Shown: positions 27,571 to 37,364 of the stretch, in pieces | How positions within the stretch are numbered: position 1 is the stretch's first letter | How the letters are laid out: each line of letters starts with the position of its first letter | NCBI GenBank assembly: GCA_963781585.1 | Contig: CAWAGQ010000004.1 | Location: forward strand, 1,024,001 to 1,088,000 | Direction of reading: 5' to 3' | DNA length: 64,000 nt | Source of the DNA: an uncultured Gemmatimonadaceae bacterium | Lineage (GTDB): Bacteria > Gemmatimonadota > Gemmatimonadetes > Gemmatimonadales > Gemmatimonadaceae | The notes under the pieces: generated by a model | Seen by the model: the letters and a program-made list of their open reading frames with translations, nothing else | Database searches by the model: none | Told to the model about the DNA's origin: nothing | Position numbers and translations under genes: made by a program

Positions 27571-29748
27571 TCAAGGGCGGCCGCTCAAGCCTAACGAGGA
27601 CGGTGCGCTGCGCACGATGTCGAGGCGCAGCTCGGTCCAGCCGTCCACCTGGAAGAAGCGCAGGCGCAGGGCGTGACGCCCCGCCGCGACCGGTACGGCA
27701 TCGACCGCTGACTCGTGCAGGGTCCAGCGATCGATGCGGAGCGTGTCGTCCACCCAGACGCGGATGCCGTCGTCGCTGATTGTCCGCAGGATGTAGGAGC
27801 CTGGCGCCAGATCGACCGCAGTCGTCGCCTCGATCGCAAACCGCGCCTGAGGCAACTCACGAATCGTGGGCCGATACCAGAGATAGTCGAGTCGCGGGGC
27901 GCGCCGCTCCACCAGCGGCTCCGACCGCAGCAGGGCGTCGAAGCGATCCGACGCGGTGCGCGGATCGGTGCTGTCGGCCCAGGCAAAGAAGCGGATGTCC
28001 CAATCGACCCGCGGCTCGAAGTGCTCATACGAAAGGCGCACCGGCGTGCCCGGAGGACGTCGCGTCCCCGTGGACGACACCGTGGCCCTGCCCCGGTATT
28101 CGAGCGTAAGCGTCCAGTCATCCGCAGCTTCAGGCTCGGGCGTCACCGCGATCGTATCTCCCACGCGGCCGGCAGCGCGCGACACCCGACTCACTCCGCG
28201 TCGTGCCACCACGCGCCAGTCACCGGAAGGACCGAGCACGGCGAGCCGGAGCGGAACGGCACGCGTGCTGTCCACAGGCCACAGCCTGGGCGTCCTCCAG
28301 TCATACGGTCCCCATTCGTCCACCACGATCGCGGCTCGGTTCCGGCGGGCGTCGGCCGAAGATGGCGGGCGACGCGGAACGCCGGGAAGCGTGGGAACCC
28401 GCCGCGCCCACTCGCTCGGGACCGCCGGGGCCGGGCAATCGCCCGGCGTCGTGCCTGACGAGTCGTTCTGATCGACCGTCAGGCCGCTGGTATTGGCCGA
28501 CTGAATCCGGATGCGATTGGCGACGAATCTGTTCTGCTCGATCCGGTAGTCGCGACTGCGCGTGTCGCGGTGCCGGGGGTAGCCCCAGTCGGAGGGCTCG
28601 ATGCTGTCCGCCCACAACCGAATGGCCGTGCTGTCGCCGAGAAAGAAGTTTCCGGCAATGACGTTGTCCTGCCCGTGTTCGATGGCCACGCCGGTGTGGT
28701 TCCCGTGAAAGCAGTTGGCGATGACCTGCGATTCGAAGCTGTAACCGCCCCAGAGCCCGTAGTCGCTCCCCGCGGCTCGATTGGCGACGAAACTGTTCCG
28801 ACTGAACGTGGCCTCCATGGCATTGGCGGGCGCGAAGCTGAAATCGTTGCCGACGAACAGATTGTCGTTCGCCCCACCTTCTCCCGTGTCCATGGTGCTC
28901 TGTCCGGCCCAGAGAAAGAGCCCGTCGCCGCCGTGCGTGGCCGAGTTGAATGCGACGATGTTTCGGCTGCTCTGCTCGTACAACAGGATGTCCGCGGAGT
29001 CCTGGCCGCGCCGGTAGAAGCCGTCACTGTAGCCGCGCACGTTGAAGTCGACGCGATTGCGCACAACGGTATTATCGCTCGACCGGTAAAGGCCGATGCC
29101 GACGCCGGAGTTGAACGAGAAGTCGTTGTCCTGGACCCGGAGGTGGTTGCTGCGCACCAGGAGCAGGGCGTTCATCCCCTGGCGGACCACGGAGCGCCGC
29201 ACCGCACCGCCCTGCACGTCCACCAGGTACATCGCAGCGCCGTAGCGGAGCCACTCGTCCTTCTCGTTGTGATGATAGCTGAGCCAGTCGACGAGACTCT
29301 CATGCTCGACCAGGCTGAAGAGACGCGGCTTCCAGTTGTAGCTGGCATCGATGTTCGTGAGCACGAGGTCGCGTGTGCCGCGGGCCAGGATTGCAACCTT
29401 GTAGCCGCGGATGCGCGCGTTGATGATGCGTACGTTTCGGCCGCCATCAATGCGAATGGCAACGCCGGTGGCGAGGTCGGGGGCGGCGGCGGCCGCAGTA
29501 CCCTGGAGCGTGGCGCCGTCGAAGTCCACGGTTACATCGTCGCCACGAACCACGATCAGCGAGGAATCGAGACCACCTGGTGCCGGCAGCCGATACACCT
29601 CGGGGACGACGCGCACCGACTGCGAGATGACCATCCCTGAGCGCAGCCGGATCCGTTCCTGGGCGCTTGATGCGCGCGCGAATCCGAGCGCGCACACCCC
29701 AACCGCGAGGGACACCCGGACCGCGCCGCAGGGTAGCGGCAATCTCAC
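27571..29748 (-). CDS. Exported right-handed parallel beta-helix (NosD/pectate-lyase-like) protein with C-terminal PA14 domain
   Basis: Signal peptide; Asn-ladder repeats (NDFSFN, NRVDFN); PA14 motif SDDGIRVWVDD..ID.W. Confidence 0.8.
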   Translation of the reverse strand: MRLPLPCGAVRVSLAVGVCALGFARASSAQERIRLRSGMVISQSVRVVPEVYRLPAPGGLDSSLIVVRGDDVTVDFDGATLQGTAAAAAPDLATGVAIRIDGGRNVRIINARIRGYKVAILARGTRDLVLTNIDASYNWKPRLFSLVEHESLVDWLSYHHNEKDEWLRYGAAMYLVDVQGGAVRRSVVRQGMNALLLVRSNHLRVQDNDFSFNSGVGIGLYRSSDNTVVRNRVDFNVRGYSDGFYRRGQDSADILLYEQSSRNIVAFNSATHGGDGLFLWAGQSTMDTGEGGANDNLFVGNDFSFAPANAMEATFSRNSFVANRAAGSDYGLWGGYSFESQVIANCFHGNHTGVAIEHGQDNVIAGNFFLGDSTAIRLWADSIEPSDWGYPRHRDTRSRDYRIEQNRFVANRIRIQSANTSGLTVDQNDSSGTTPGDCPAPAVPSEWARRVPTLPGVPRRPPSSADARRNRAAIVVDEWGPYDWRTPRLWPVDSTRAVPLRLAVLGPSGDWRVVARRGVSRVSRAAGRVGDTIAVTPEPEAADDWTLTLEYRGRATVSSTGTRRPPGTPVRLSYEHFEPRVDWDIRFFAWADSTDPRTASDRFDALLRSEPLVERRAPRLDYLWYRPTIRELPQARFAIEATTAVDLAPGSYILRTISDDGIRVWVDDTLRIDRWTLHESAVDAVPVAAGRHALRLRFFQVDGWTELRLDIVRSAPSSLGLSGRP

Positions 29749-30050
29749 GGCGCGTGCCGGCCCTTCGGCTTGCCAAAGAGGACGAGCAATTCGTGCGTGG
29801 CCCGTTCCGGTCGGCGGCGGCGGGCCGCGGGCAGGCCCTTCCCAGCCCGATTGATGCAGAAGAACATGAACATCGACATCGCCGAGCGACAGGCACCGGC
29901 CTTGCGTCGCCAGCTCCGCTCGGCCGATCGCTTCAATGATCGCGCGATGGCACGCCGGTCATCGAACGCCAATACGCCGCGATCCAGATCGGCCGCATTG
30001 CTCCGCCCGGTGACCCGCTCCGACCAACATGCCCCGGCGCCCTTCCCCAT
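29745..30050 (-). CDS. DUF3175-like small basic protein
   Basis: WSERVT..SNA.DLD.GV....D...IARSLKRSAERS.RRK....RSAMSM..F.INRAGK.L recalled as the DUF3175 pattern; overlaps next start (GTGA). Confidence 0.7.
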   Translation of the reverse strand: MGKGAGACWSERVTGRSNAADLDRGVLAFDDRRAIARSLKRSAERSWRRKAGACRSAMSMFMFFCINRAGKGLPAARRRRPERATHELLVLFGKPKGRHAP

Positions 30051-30066
30051 CGTCCAACCTGATCGA

Positions 30067-30573
30067 TCAGCCGCCCTTGTGGCTGATGGCGTAGACATAC
30101 GCAGCAACCGCCTTGATCTGATCCTGGGTGAGGTTCGCGCCTCCCATGGGAAGCATCGGGCCCGGAAACGGCGGCGTGGGGTTGGGCATGCCTTCGGTCA
30201 CGCGCTTCTGGATGAACGCATACGTTCCATCTCCGGTCTGCCACAGAGAATCGACCAGCGACGGGGCGAGCTGCGTGCCCTTGGCGTCGACGCCGTGACA
30301 GGTGAAGCAGGCGCCGCTGGCGACCTGACCATGGAAGATGCTGTCGCCGAGGGCGACCATTTCCGCCGTGGCACCGGCTGGTGGCGCCCCGGGCGTCGGA
30401 GGCGCGGCCATCGCCATGGCGGCGGTATCCGGGGCCATTGCCATCCCGGTGTCCGTCTGCGCCGCCTTCTCGCCCCCTCCCCCGCACGCGTTCATGGTGA
30501 ACGCGAGCGCCAGTCCGAATGCCGCCACCGGGCGTGCTCGGCGCAAGAGATCCCCGGAATCGCACGTACGCAT
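30067..30573 (-). CDS. Monoheme c-type cytochrome lipoprotein
   Basis: Lipobox MNAC; CFTCH heme motif; distal PMLPMGG; GGAGGA upstream of ATG 30573. Confidence 0.85.
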   Translation of the reverse strand: MRTCDSGDLLRRARPVAAFGLALAFTMNACGGGGEKAAQTDTGMAMAPDTAAMAMAAPPTPGAPPAGATAEMVALGDSIFHGQVASGACFTCHGVDAKGTQLAPSLVDSLWQTGDGTYAFIQKRVTEGMPNPTPPFPGPMLPMGGANLTQDQIKAVAAYVYAISHKGG

Positions 30574-30867
30574 GTCATCCTCCATTCTTGCCGTTGGGTT
30601 GAAACTATCATAGCGCATCGCATGGTCACTGTGGCGGCGGGGCCATGGCGCAGCTGAGGGCGATTCTCGCGGCTGCCCCTGCTTGCGGTCCCCGGACCGA
30701 CGTCACCGGCCATGCGGCGAAGTCGTGTACATTCCGACAGCGTCAACAATATCATGTTGTCGTTCGATTTGGCATGGCCGCCCCGCCGGTCTCCTCGGTT
30801 CGGGCCAGGGATCGCGGCCCCCCGGGGTGTGCTCCACCGTCCGATCATCTGCCGGAAGAGATTCTCC

Positions 30868-32016
30868 ATGATACCGCCGCCATATCGCCGGGCCCGGTCG
30901 CTACGCCTAACGCCTGTCGCGCTCTGTGCGCTGCTGACCGCGGTCGCGGTGTGTCCGGCAAGGGCGCAGGGCATCCCGGCTCGCCTCGACGACAGTACGT
31001 TCTGGCAGATGATCTCCGACCTGTCGGAGCCGGGCGGAACGTTCCGATCGGACAACTTCGTCTCGAATGAGGCGGCCTATCAGTACGTCATCCCGGGACT
31101 GCTGTCCCGCGTTCGGCCCGGCGGCGTGTACCTCGGTGTGGGTCCCGACCAGAATTTCACGTACATCGCGGCGTTTGTCCCGCGGATTGCGTTCATCGTC
31201 GACATCCGCCGTCAGAACCTGGTCCAGCACCTGATGTACAAGGCGCTGATCGAGGACTCGGCCGACCGCCCAGAGTTCGTATCCCGGCTCTTCTCTCGAC
31301 CACGACCGGCCGGGCTCGATACCAGCATGAGCGCGGAGGTCATCCTGGACGCGTATGCAGCGGTGGCACCCGACTCGGCGATGTTCCGCCGCACGCTGAC
31401 CGCGATCCGGGAGCGCCTCCTGTCAGCACACGGGTTTGCGCTCACCCATGAGGACCTGAACTCGCTGGACTATGTCTTCGGGGCGTTCTACCGCGCGGGT
31501 CCCGACATCACGTACTCCTTCGGGTCTGCCGGGCGCAACTATGGTGGATACGGCATGCCCACCTATGCGCAGCTGATGCTGGAGACCGACGGGCACGGTG
31601 TCGACCGGAGCTACCTCGGCAGCGAGTCGACCTATCGCACACTCAAGGAACTGGAGGAGCAGAACCTGATCGTTCCGCTGGTGGGGGACTTCGCCGGGCC
31701 GCAGGCGCTGCGTGCGGTGGGAGAGTATCTGAAGGCGCATGGCGCCGCCGTGTCGATATTCTACACGTCCAACGTCGAGATGTATCTGTTCCAGGACCCG
31801 GACGCGTGGAAGCGATTCTACAGCAGCGTGTCGACTCTGCCGATCGATTCCACCAGTACGTTCATCCGGTCGCTCTCGAATCGCGGCTGGGTGACGAGCC
31901 AGAATCCGAATTCGCGGTCGGCGCAGCTCGTGGCATCAATGGCCGATCTCGTGGACGCCTTTGCGCACGGGCGTATCGAATCCTACTACAGCATCATCCA
32001 GATCTCGCGCTATTGA
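30868..32016 (+). CDS. Hypothetical exported protein
   Basis: Signal peptide ending ARAQ; globular region with SDNFVSNE, YLGVGPDQNFTYI, FYTSNVEMYL; start re-called to ATG 30868. Confidence 0.7.
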   Translation: MIPPPYRRARSLRLTPVALCALLTAVAVCPARAQGIPARLDDSTFWQMISDLSEPGGTFRSDNFVSNEAAYQYVIPGLLSRVRPGGVYLGVGPDQNFTYIAAFVPRIAFIVDIRRQNLVQHLMYKALIEDSADRPEFVSRLFSRPRPAGLDTSMSAEVILDAYAAVAPDSAMFRRTLTAIRERLLSAHGFALTHEDLNSLDYVFGAFYRAGPDITYSFGSAGRNYGGYGMPTYAQLMLETDGHGVDRSYLGSESTYRTLKELEEQNLIVPLVGDFAGPQALRAVGEYLKAHGAAVSIFYTSNVEMYLFQDPDAWKRFYSSVSTLPIDSTSTFIRSLSNRGWVTSQNPNSRSAQLVASMADLVDAFAHGRIESYYSIIQISRY

Positions 32017-32037
32017 CGACGTCCCGACATCGACGGA

Positions 32038-32244
32038 TCAGCCGAGCGTAATTTCACCGTCCACGCGGTGGTCGGCGATCAGATCACCAAGGCTGAGCGT
32101 GGCGCGTACCGGCAGCGATTCGTGTCCCTGCAGGCTCCCCGCCGCGAGCGCGGCGCGGACGGCCTGTTCGATCTCGCGCTGCGCCGTGACACCGAACTGC
32201 TTGAGGAACTTCCGGATCGAGAGATTGAAGGCGTCGTCGTTCAT
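32038..32244 (-). CDS. DUF6494-like small protein
   Basis: MNDDAFNLSIRKFLKQFGVTAQREIE.AV recalled as the family pattern; AGGAG upstream. Confidence 0.75.
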   Translation of the reverse strand: MNDDAFNLSIRKFLKQFGVTAQREIEQAVRAALAAGSLQGHESLPVRATLSLGDLIADHRVDGEITLG

Positions 32245-32464
32245 GACTTCTCCTGTCGTGGCGGGTTCGCGGTGGCGACCTCACGCGATCAACGGTCGGC
32301 ACCGCGGCTGACGGCCCGGTCGACCGGACCGGCAGGCCGCAATTGTACGACATTTCGGCCCAGCCCGCCGCTTGACGGCTCGGAATCCATGTGCATCGTT
32401 GATGCGCCGTCTGTGGTGGCGCTTCATCCTCGACACGATATCCACACCCTTGAGAGTGACACTC

Positions 32465-33064
32465 ATGAACCGCACCGTGCGTCTGGCCATACCGGCCGCC
32501 CTCATTTTCGGAGTGTCGTGCTCATCCAAGCAGACCTCCACACCAGCCCCCGCACCAACGCCCGCGCCCACGCCGGCCGGAGGAGTGGCGCAGGGTCGCG
32601 GCAGCGCGCCGGGCGGGCGCGGCGGGGCACCGGCGGGTGGACGCGCGCCGATGACGCCCGAGATGCGGGCTGCCCGTCGCGACTCCATCGCCAAGCTGCG
32701 CGAGGCAACGGTGCAGCAGGTGCTGGCGTCGATCGCGGGCCATGAGAACGAACCCGCCGGCGAGGTCTTCAAGAACGTGCAGTTGCTCAAGGACATGCCG
32801 GCGGGCGAGTTCGTGAAGAACATGGATCAGATGTTCGGCCGCGCGCTGAGCCAGAACTGCACGTCGTGCCACGTGGCGGATCAATGGGAAGACGACTCGC
32901 GCAACGGCAAGAAGACCGCGCGCCTCATGATCGAGATGATGGACCACATCAATGCGGACCATCTGAGCAAACTGCCGCCGAACCGAGGCGGGCAGACGCC
33001 GAAGATCACCTGCGTGACGTGTCACCGCGGCAACGGGAACCCCGGCTCGGCGCTGCTTCCCTAG
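32465..33064 (+). CDS. Diheme c-type cytochrome lipoprotein, PufC (reaction-centre cytochrome)-like
   Basis: Lipobox VSC; VFKNVQLL, M..M...L..NCTSCHV, K.TARLMI.M...IN, ITCVTCHRG. Confidence 0.82.
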   Translation: MNRTVRLAIPAALIFGVSCSSKQTSTPAPAPTPAPTPAGGVAQGRGSAPGGRGGAPAGGRAPMTPEMRAARRDSIAKLREATVQQVLASIAGHENEPAGEVFKNVQLLKDMPAGEFVKNMDQMFGRALSQNCTSCHVADQWEDDSRNGKKTARLMIEMMDHINADHLSKLPPNRGGQTPKITCVTCHRGNGNPGSALLP

Positions 33065-33071
33065 GAGCTGA

Positions 33072-33103
33072 CGCGCCGCGGCTTCCTGATGGGCCGCGGC
33101 GCG
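33072..33103. terminator. GC-rich hairpin between convergent genes (possible bidirectional terminator)
   Basis: cgcgccgcggc-N10-gccgcggcgcg 11-bp stem between stops at 33064 and 33115; no U-tract. Confidence 0.5.
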
Positions 33104-33114
33104 CAGGCCGCGCC

Positions 33115-35451
33115 TCAGGGTCGGTCGGAGCCTCCTCCCTGAGACGCGGCGGCGGACTGTCGTTCCCACACGAATCGGTGCAGGAAGTCCCCGATTTTCG
33201 TCCAGGTGCTCATCCACCGCGAGTGCATCATGGACTCGTGGAGATCGTCGGGGATCACCGTGAGCTCGAAGTGCACGTTGCGGGCGCGGAGTAACTGCAC
33301 CAGCCCGACCATCTGGGCAAAGTCGACATTCCGGTCGTCGTCACCCTGGAGGAGGAAGACCGGCGACTTCCAGCCGTCGATGGCCGAGATGGTGGAAGAG
33401 CGATACGAGACAGCGCCGGTGTCGAGCGAGCTACCCCAGAGGTGCACACCGGCCAGGTCGGCACCTGCGACGAAGACGTCGGAGTTGCGGGCCAGCGCCT
33501 GCGAGGTGAGGACGCCACCATACGACAGTCCCCAGATGCCGACCCGGGTTGAGTCGACATCGGAACGGGACTGCAGGTATTTGCCTCCGGCGATCACGTC
33601 CTGGTACTCGGCGTTGCCGCGCCCGCCAGTATTCGGCGCCTGGCGGAAGGACCGGCCGTAGCCGATGCCGCTGCGGTAGTTCACCGACATCACGACGTAG
33701 CCCTGGCTCGCCAGCCACTGGTTGAACGCGTATGCCCAGTGATAGAACTGCATGTAGTGGTAGCCGGGCATCATCTGTCGTACCGGTCCGCCGTGCACGA
33801 AGATCATCGCTGGACGACGCTCACCCGGTTTCAGATCGCTGGGCAGAAAGAGCTGGTTGTGAATCTCCAGGCCGTCGGCTGCTTTGGTGATCACGATCTG
33901 CGGCGTGACGTGGGCTGCCTTGGCGAAATCCTTCGGCAAGATGGGGAAGATCAACTTCGCGGTGCCGCCGGCGGCCGGAACCAGTCCGACAGACGCGGGC
34001 TGGGTGGCGCCGAAATACAGCACGGCCACCTGCCGGCCCGAGGCGAGGGGGGTCGGCGAGGTTTCGATGCCATCGCCCTGCGAGACCTGCGTCGGCGTCC
34101 CACCGGACGTGGGGACCGCCCAGATGTGGCGGCGCTCGATGTCGTTGGCGTTGGTGCAGTAGTAGAGCGTCTTCCCATCGTGGGACAGGGCCGCCGAGGT
34201 GACGTCCTCGATGAGTCCGTCGGTGGTGGTCAGCTCGATCGGCCGATCGGTGGACCCGTCGACCGCGATGGCCCAGTAGCGGTCGAACTCGTCGTCGGAC
34301 GGCGAGAGCGGGAAGACCAGATGGCCGGCGCCCCACATCATGCGCGCGATGAAGTTGAAAACCGGCTCGTTAGGTTCGTTGTGCCAGATCTCCTTCGCCT
34401 CCCCGGTGGCGAGATCGGCCACCATCACTTCCAGCGTGTATCCGCCGCGGAACGTCGCCCGGCACAGTCCCGGGAAGCGCTTGTCGACGCTGGTGGCGGT
34501 ATCGGGCTCGCCGCCAAAGCGGCCGCCACCACGCCCACCAAGCCGACCACGCCCGACGCCAGCGCAGATGCCGGCTGACAACCCGGCATTCCCTCCGCGT
34601 CCACCTCCGCCACGCCCGGCGGCGGGTCCGTTGGGATTGCCGAGACTTCCGGTGCCTTCCTGCGCCTGCTGGCCAAAAGGCAGCCCCGGACGACGCGTGA
34701 ACGCGATATGCTTGCCGTCCGGCGACCAGACCGGTCCGGCGTCGAAGTCGACACTCGGTGCCACATAGTCGGCCGTCCGCGACTTCACGTCATACATCCC
34801 GATGAGCGAGTGATTGCCGCGGTCACTGACGAATGCGATCCGCGAACCATCCGGGGACCAGCGGGGGCTGCTCTGTCGTCCCCATTCATTAATGAAGGGC
34901 TTGAGCCCGAGGTCCATCGAATCCGGCTGGGCCACGTGGGCGACCCGGGCGCGGAAGATCTGCCCGTCCTTCACATAGAGGACGGTTCTCCCATCGGGAG
35001 ACAGTTCCGGCCCGGCTCCGTCCGCCAGCTTCCAGGCGGGTCCGCCCGCCGTGCGGACGGCCCAGATGGCGCGCTCGCCACCGTCCGGGTCGTGCGACGG
35101 ATTGGCCACCCAGCCCTGGCGATTGGGCGCGGATCCGCGAACGAAGACGACGACCGATCCGTCATCGGAGATGCCGACGTCGCCCAGATCCACGCCGTCG
35201 TCCTTGAGGAATCGCGTCAGGCGGACGGGGGTGAAGGCCGGCGCCGCCGCGGTGTACACGTTCCGCATGCCGCGGTCGTACGCCATCCACGCCACGCGGT
35301 CGGCGTTCCGGGCGGCGGTGATGGAGAGTGGCGACGCCTCGTTGAAGAACTGCTCAATCGTCGGCCTGGACTGACCTGCGAGCGGCGGCGCGAAGAGGAA
35401 GAGCGCCACGGAAGTGAATCGGACAACGCGGGCGGTGGTGGGGCGAAACAT
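33115..35451 (-). CDS. S9 family (prolyl oligopeptidase / DPP-IV-like) exported peptidase
   Basis: Signal peptide; WSPDG propeller repeats; HGGP, GLSYGG nucleophile, DDRNV, DLH; start re-called to ATG 35451. Confidence 0.9.
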   Translation of the reverse strand: MFRPTTARVVRFTSVALFLFAPPLAGQSRPTIEQFFNEASPLSITAARNADRVAWMAYDRGMRNVYTAAAPAFTPVRLTRFLKDDGVDLGDVGISDDGSVVVFVRGSAPNRQGWVANPSHDPDGGERAIWAVRTAGGPAWKLADGAGPELSPDGRTVLYVKDGQIFRARVAHVAQPDSMDLGLKPFINEWGRQSSPRWSPDGSRIAFVSDRGNHSLIGMYDVKSRTADYVAPSVDFDAGPVWSPDGKHIAFTRRPGLPFGQQAQEGTGSLGNPNGPAAGRGGGGRGGNAGLSAGICAGVGRGRLGGRGGGRFGGEPDTATSVDKRFPGLCRATFRGGYTLEVMVADLATGEAKEIWHNEPNEPVFNFIARMMWGAGHLVFPLSPSDDEFDRYWAIAVDGSTDRPIELTTTDGLIEDVTSAALSHDGKTLYYCTNANDIERRHIWAVPTSGGTPTQVSQGDGIETSPTPLASGRQVAVLYFGATQPASVGLVPAAGGTAKLIFPILPKDFAKAAHVTPQIVITKAADGLEIHNQLFLPSDLKPGERRPAMIFVHGGPVRQMMPGYHYMQFYHWAYAFNQWLASQGYVVMSVNYRSGIGYGRSFRQAPNTGGRGNAEYQDVIAGGKYLQSRSDVDSTRVGIWGLSYGGVLTSQALARNSDVFVAGADLAGVHLWGSSLDTGAVSYRSSTISAIDGWKSPVFLLQGDDDRNVDFAQMVGLVQLLRARNVHFELTVIPDDLHESMMHSRWMSTWTKIGDFLHRFVWERQSAAASQGGGSDRP

Positions 35452-35534
35452 GGGCACCTCGGAATCGACGATCGTCGCAAGGCACTGCGCGGAGGGATCT
35501 CGAACGACGCGCCAAGAGCGTAACACCCACGCGC

Positions 35535-37187
35535 TCAGGAGTCCACCGCCGTCCGCACTGGAGGGAGCGACTCGAGGACCTGATGGACGTCGGCGATTTC
35601 GACGGGCTTGACGAGGTGGTGCTGGAAGCCCGCCTCGCGCGACCGCATCCGATCCTGCGCCTGGCCGTACCCCGTCATCGCAATCAGGACGAGTGCCTCC
35701 ATGCCCGGCAGCTCACGGATCGCGACCGCCACCTCATATCCGGTCATGCCGGGAATACCGATGTCCAGGAGCGCGACCTCGGGCCGGAACTGGCGGGCGA
35801 GGGCAATGGCGCCTGAACCGTTCAGGGCGACCCGGACATCGTGGCCGGAGAGGCGCAGCACGGCCGCCATGCTCTCGGCGGAATCGGGACTGTCGTCCAC
35901 CACCAGCACACGCCGCGGCGTGGCTGACTGTGCGATCGGCGCGGTGCGTCCGGACGGCGTCGGCATTCTGGGAGGCAGGGCGTCGAGGCGTGGCAGGCGC
36001 ACCACGAATTCACTGCCGCGCCCCGGGCCCTCGCTGAACACATCGACCGTCCCACCGTGCATCTGCGCCAGTCGCTGGACGATCGTGAGTCCGATTCCGA
36101 GTCCTCCTGCGGCGCGGTCGAGCGACGAGTCACCCTGCCTGAAGAGATCGAAGATGTGAGGCTGCAATGCCGTGTCGATGCCCGCGCCATTGTCGCGAAC
36201 ACTGAGCACCGCCCGGTCGCCCTCGGCGGCAACCGAGAGTCGGATCGTGCCATCCTCGGGCGTAAACCGGGCCGCGTTGTTGAGGAGATTCGTCACGACC
36301 TGTGCCAGGCGCGCGAGGTCACCCTCAACCAGGACCGGGGAGCGCGAATAGTCGATTTCGAGGTGCTGACGTCTCGCGTCGATCAGGGGCCGGCTCGCTT
36401 CCACGCCACGCGCAACCACGACCGCGAGCTCGAGCGGCTCCTTGTTGAGGGCGATCGTCCCGCTCGTTATGCGACTGACGTCGATGAGATCGTCCACCAT
36501 CCGGGTGAGCTGCCTGAGCTGGCGGTCAATCACGTCACGCGCCCACTGCAGATTCGAGTCCGGCACCGGCTTCAGGTGCATGACGGCCAGGGCATTGCGA
36601 ATGGGCGCGAGCGGATTGCGCAGCTCGTGCCCCAGCATGGCCAGGAACTCGTTGACGCGCTGCTCCGCGAGCTCGAGGGCTTCGACCCGACGTTGCCCCG
36701 TGAGATCCCGGGTAATCTTCAGGAACCCCTGATGGCGGCCGGCGCTATCGGTGAGCGCGGTGATGACGACGTTGGCCCAGAACACCGATCCGTCCTTGCG
36801 AACCCGCCATCCCTCTTCCTCGAATCGTCCCTCTCGTCGCGCCATCTCGAGCTCACGTTCCGGATGCCCGCGCGCCGCCACCTCCGGAGGATAGAAGACG
36901 CTGAACGATTGCCCGATGATCTCGCTCGCGGTGTAGCCCTTGATGCGCTCGGCCCCGGCGTTCCAGCTGAGCACGCGGCCGTTGGGATCCAACAGGAAGA
37001 TCGCGTAATCGCGGACCGCCTCAACCACCAGGTGAAACCCGTCTGCACGCAGGAGCGCCGCCTCATCATCGCCTCGCGGGTCGCCATCACCCACGGTCCG
37101 GGCGGCTGGCTCCCATGCCGCCCTGGCTGACGCACTCTGGCGGATGGTGGGGGCGGGCGGAACCGATGGGCCGTCACCAGTGGACAT
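35535..37187 (-). CDS. Hybrid PAS histidine kinase / response regulator
   Basis: PAS/PAC (WNAGAERIKGY, RVRKDGS.FWA), HELRNPL, NLLNNA, GGLGIGL, receiver LLDIGIP..HHLVKP. Confidence 0.92.
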   Translation of the reverse strand: MSTGDGPSVPPAPTIRQSASARAAWEPAARTVGDGDPRGDDEAALLRADGFHLVVEAVRDYAIFLLDPNGRVLSWNAGAERIKGYTASEIIGQSFSVFYPPEVAARGHPERELEMARREGRFEEEGWRVRKDGSVFWANVVITALTDSAGRHQGFLKITRDLTGQRRVEALELAEQRVNEFLAMLGHELRNPLAPIRNALAVMHLKPVPDSNLQWARDVIDRQLRQLTRMVDDLIDVSRITSGTIALNKEPLELAVVVARGVEASRPLIDARRQHLEIDYSRSPVLVEGDLARLAQVVTNLLNNAARFTPEDGTIRLSVAAEGDRAVLSVRDNGAGIDTALQPHIFDLFRQGDSSLDRAAGGLGIGLTIVQRLAQMHGGTVDVFSEGPGRGSEFVVRLPRLDALPPRMPTPSGRTAPIAQSATPRRVLVVDDSPDSAESMAAVLRLSGHDVRVALNGSGAIALARQFRPEVALLDIGIPGMTGYEVAVAIRELPGMEALVLIAMTGYGQAQDRMRSREAGFQHHLVKPVEIADVHQVLESLPPVRTAVDS

Positions 37188-37364
37188 GGTGCCCCAGCAT
37201 ACTCTGCGGGGACGCGCCAACTCAAGCCTGCGTGCTGCGGGCTGAACCATATCACGACGCATCCGCACGCCGCGATCCAGCCACCCCGACAGCTCACACC
37301 ATCGGACAGGCGGCGGGACCGAAGCGATCCGCCGGCGATGTCGCCCGCTCAGCCTCGGACTCGT

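Noticed and set aside
30744..30759. CAACA-N6-TGTTG inverted repeat between divergent genes as an operator
   Set aside because: Only 5-bp arms and no regulator nearby; could be chance
32465..33064. Evidence of phototrophy
   Set aside because: Only two hemes and no puf/bch/crt genes in the window
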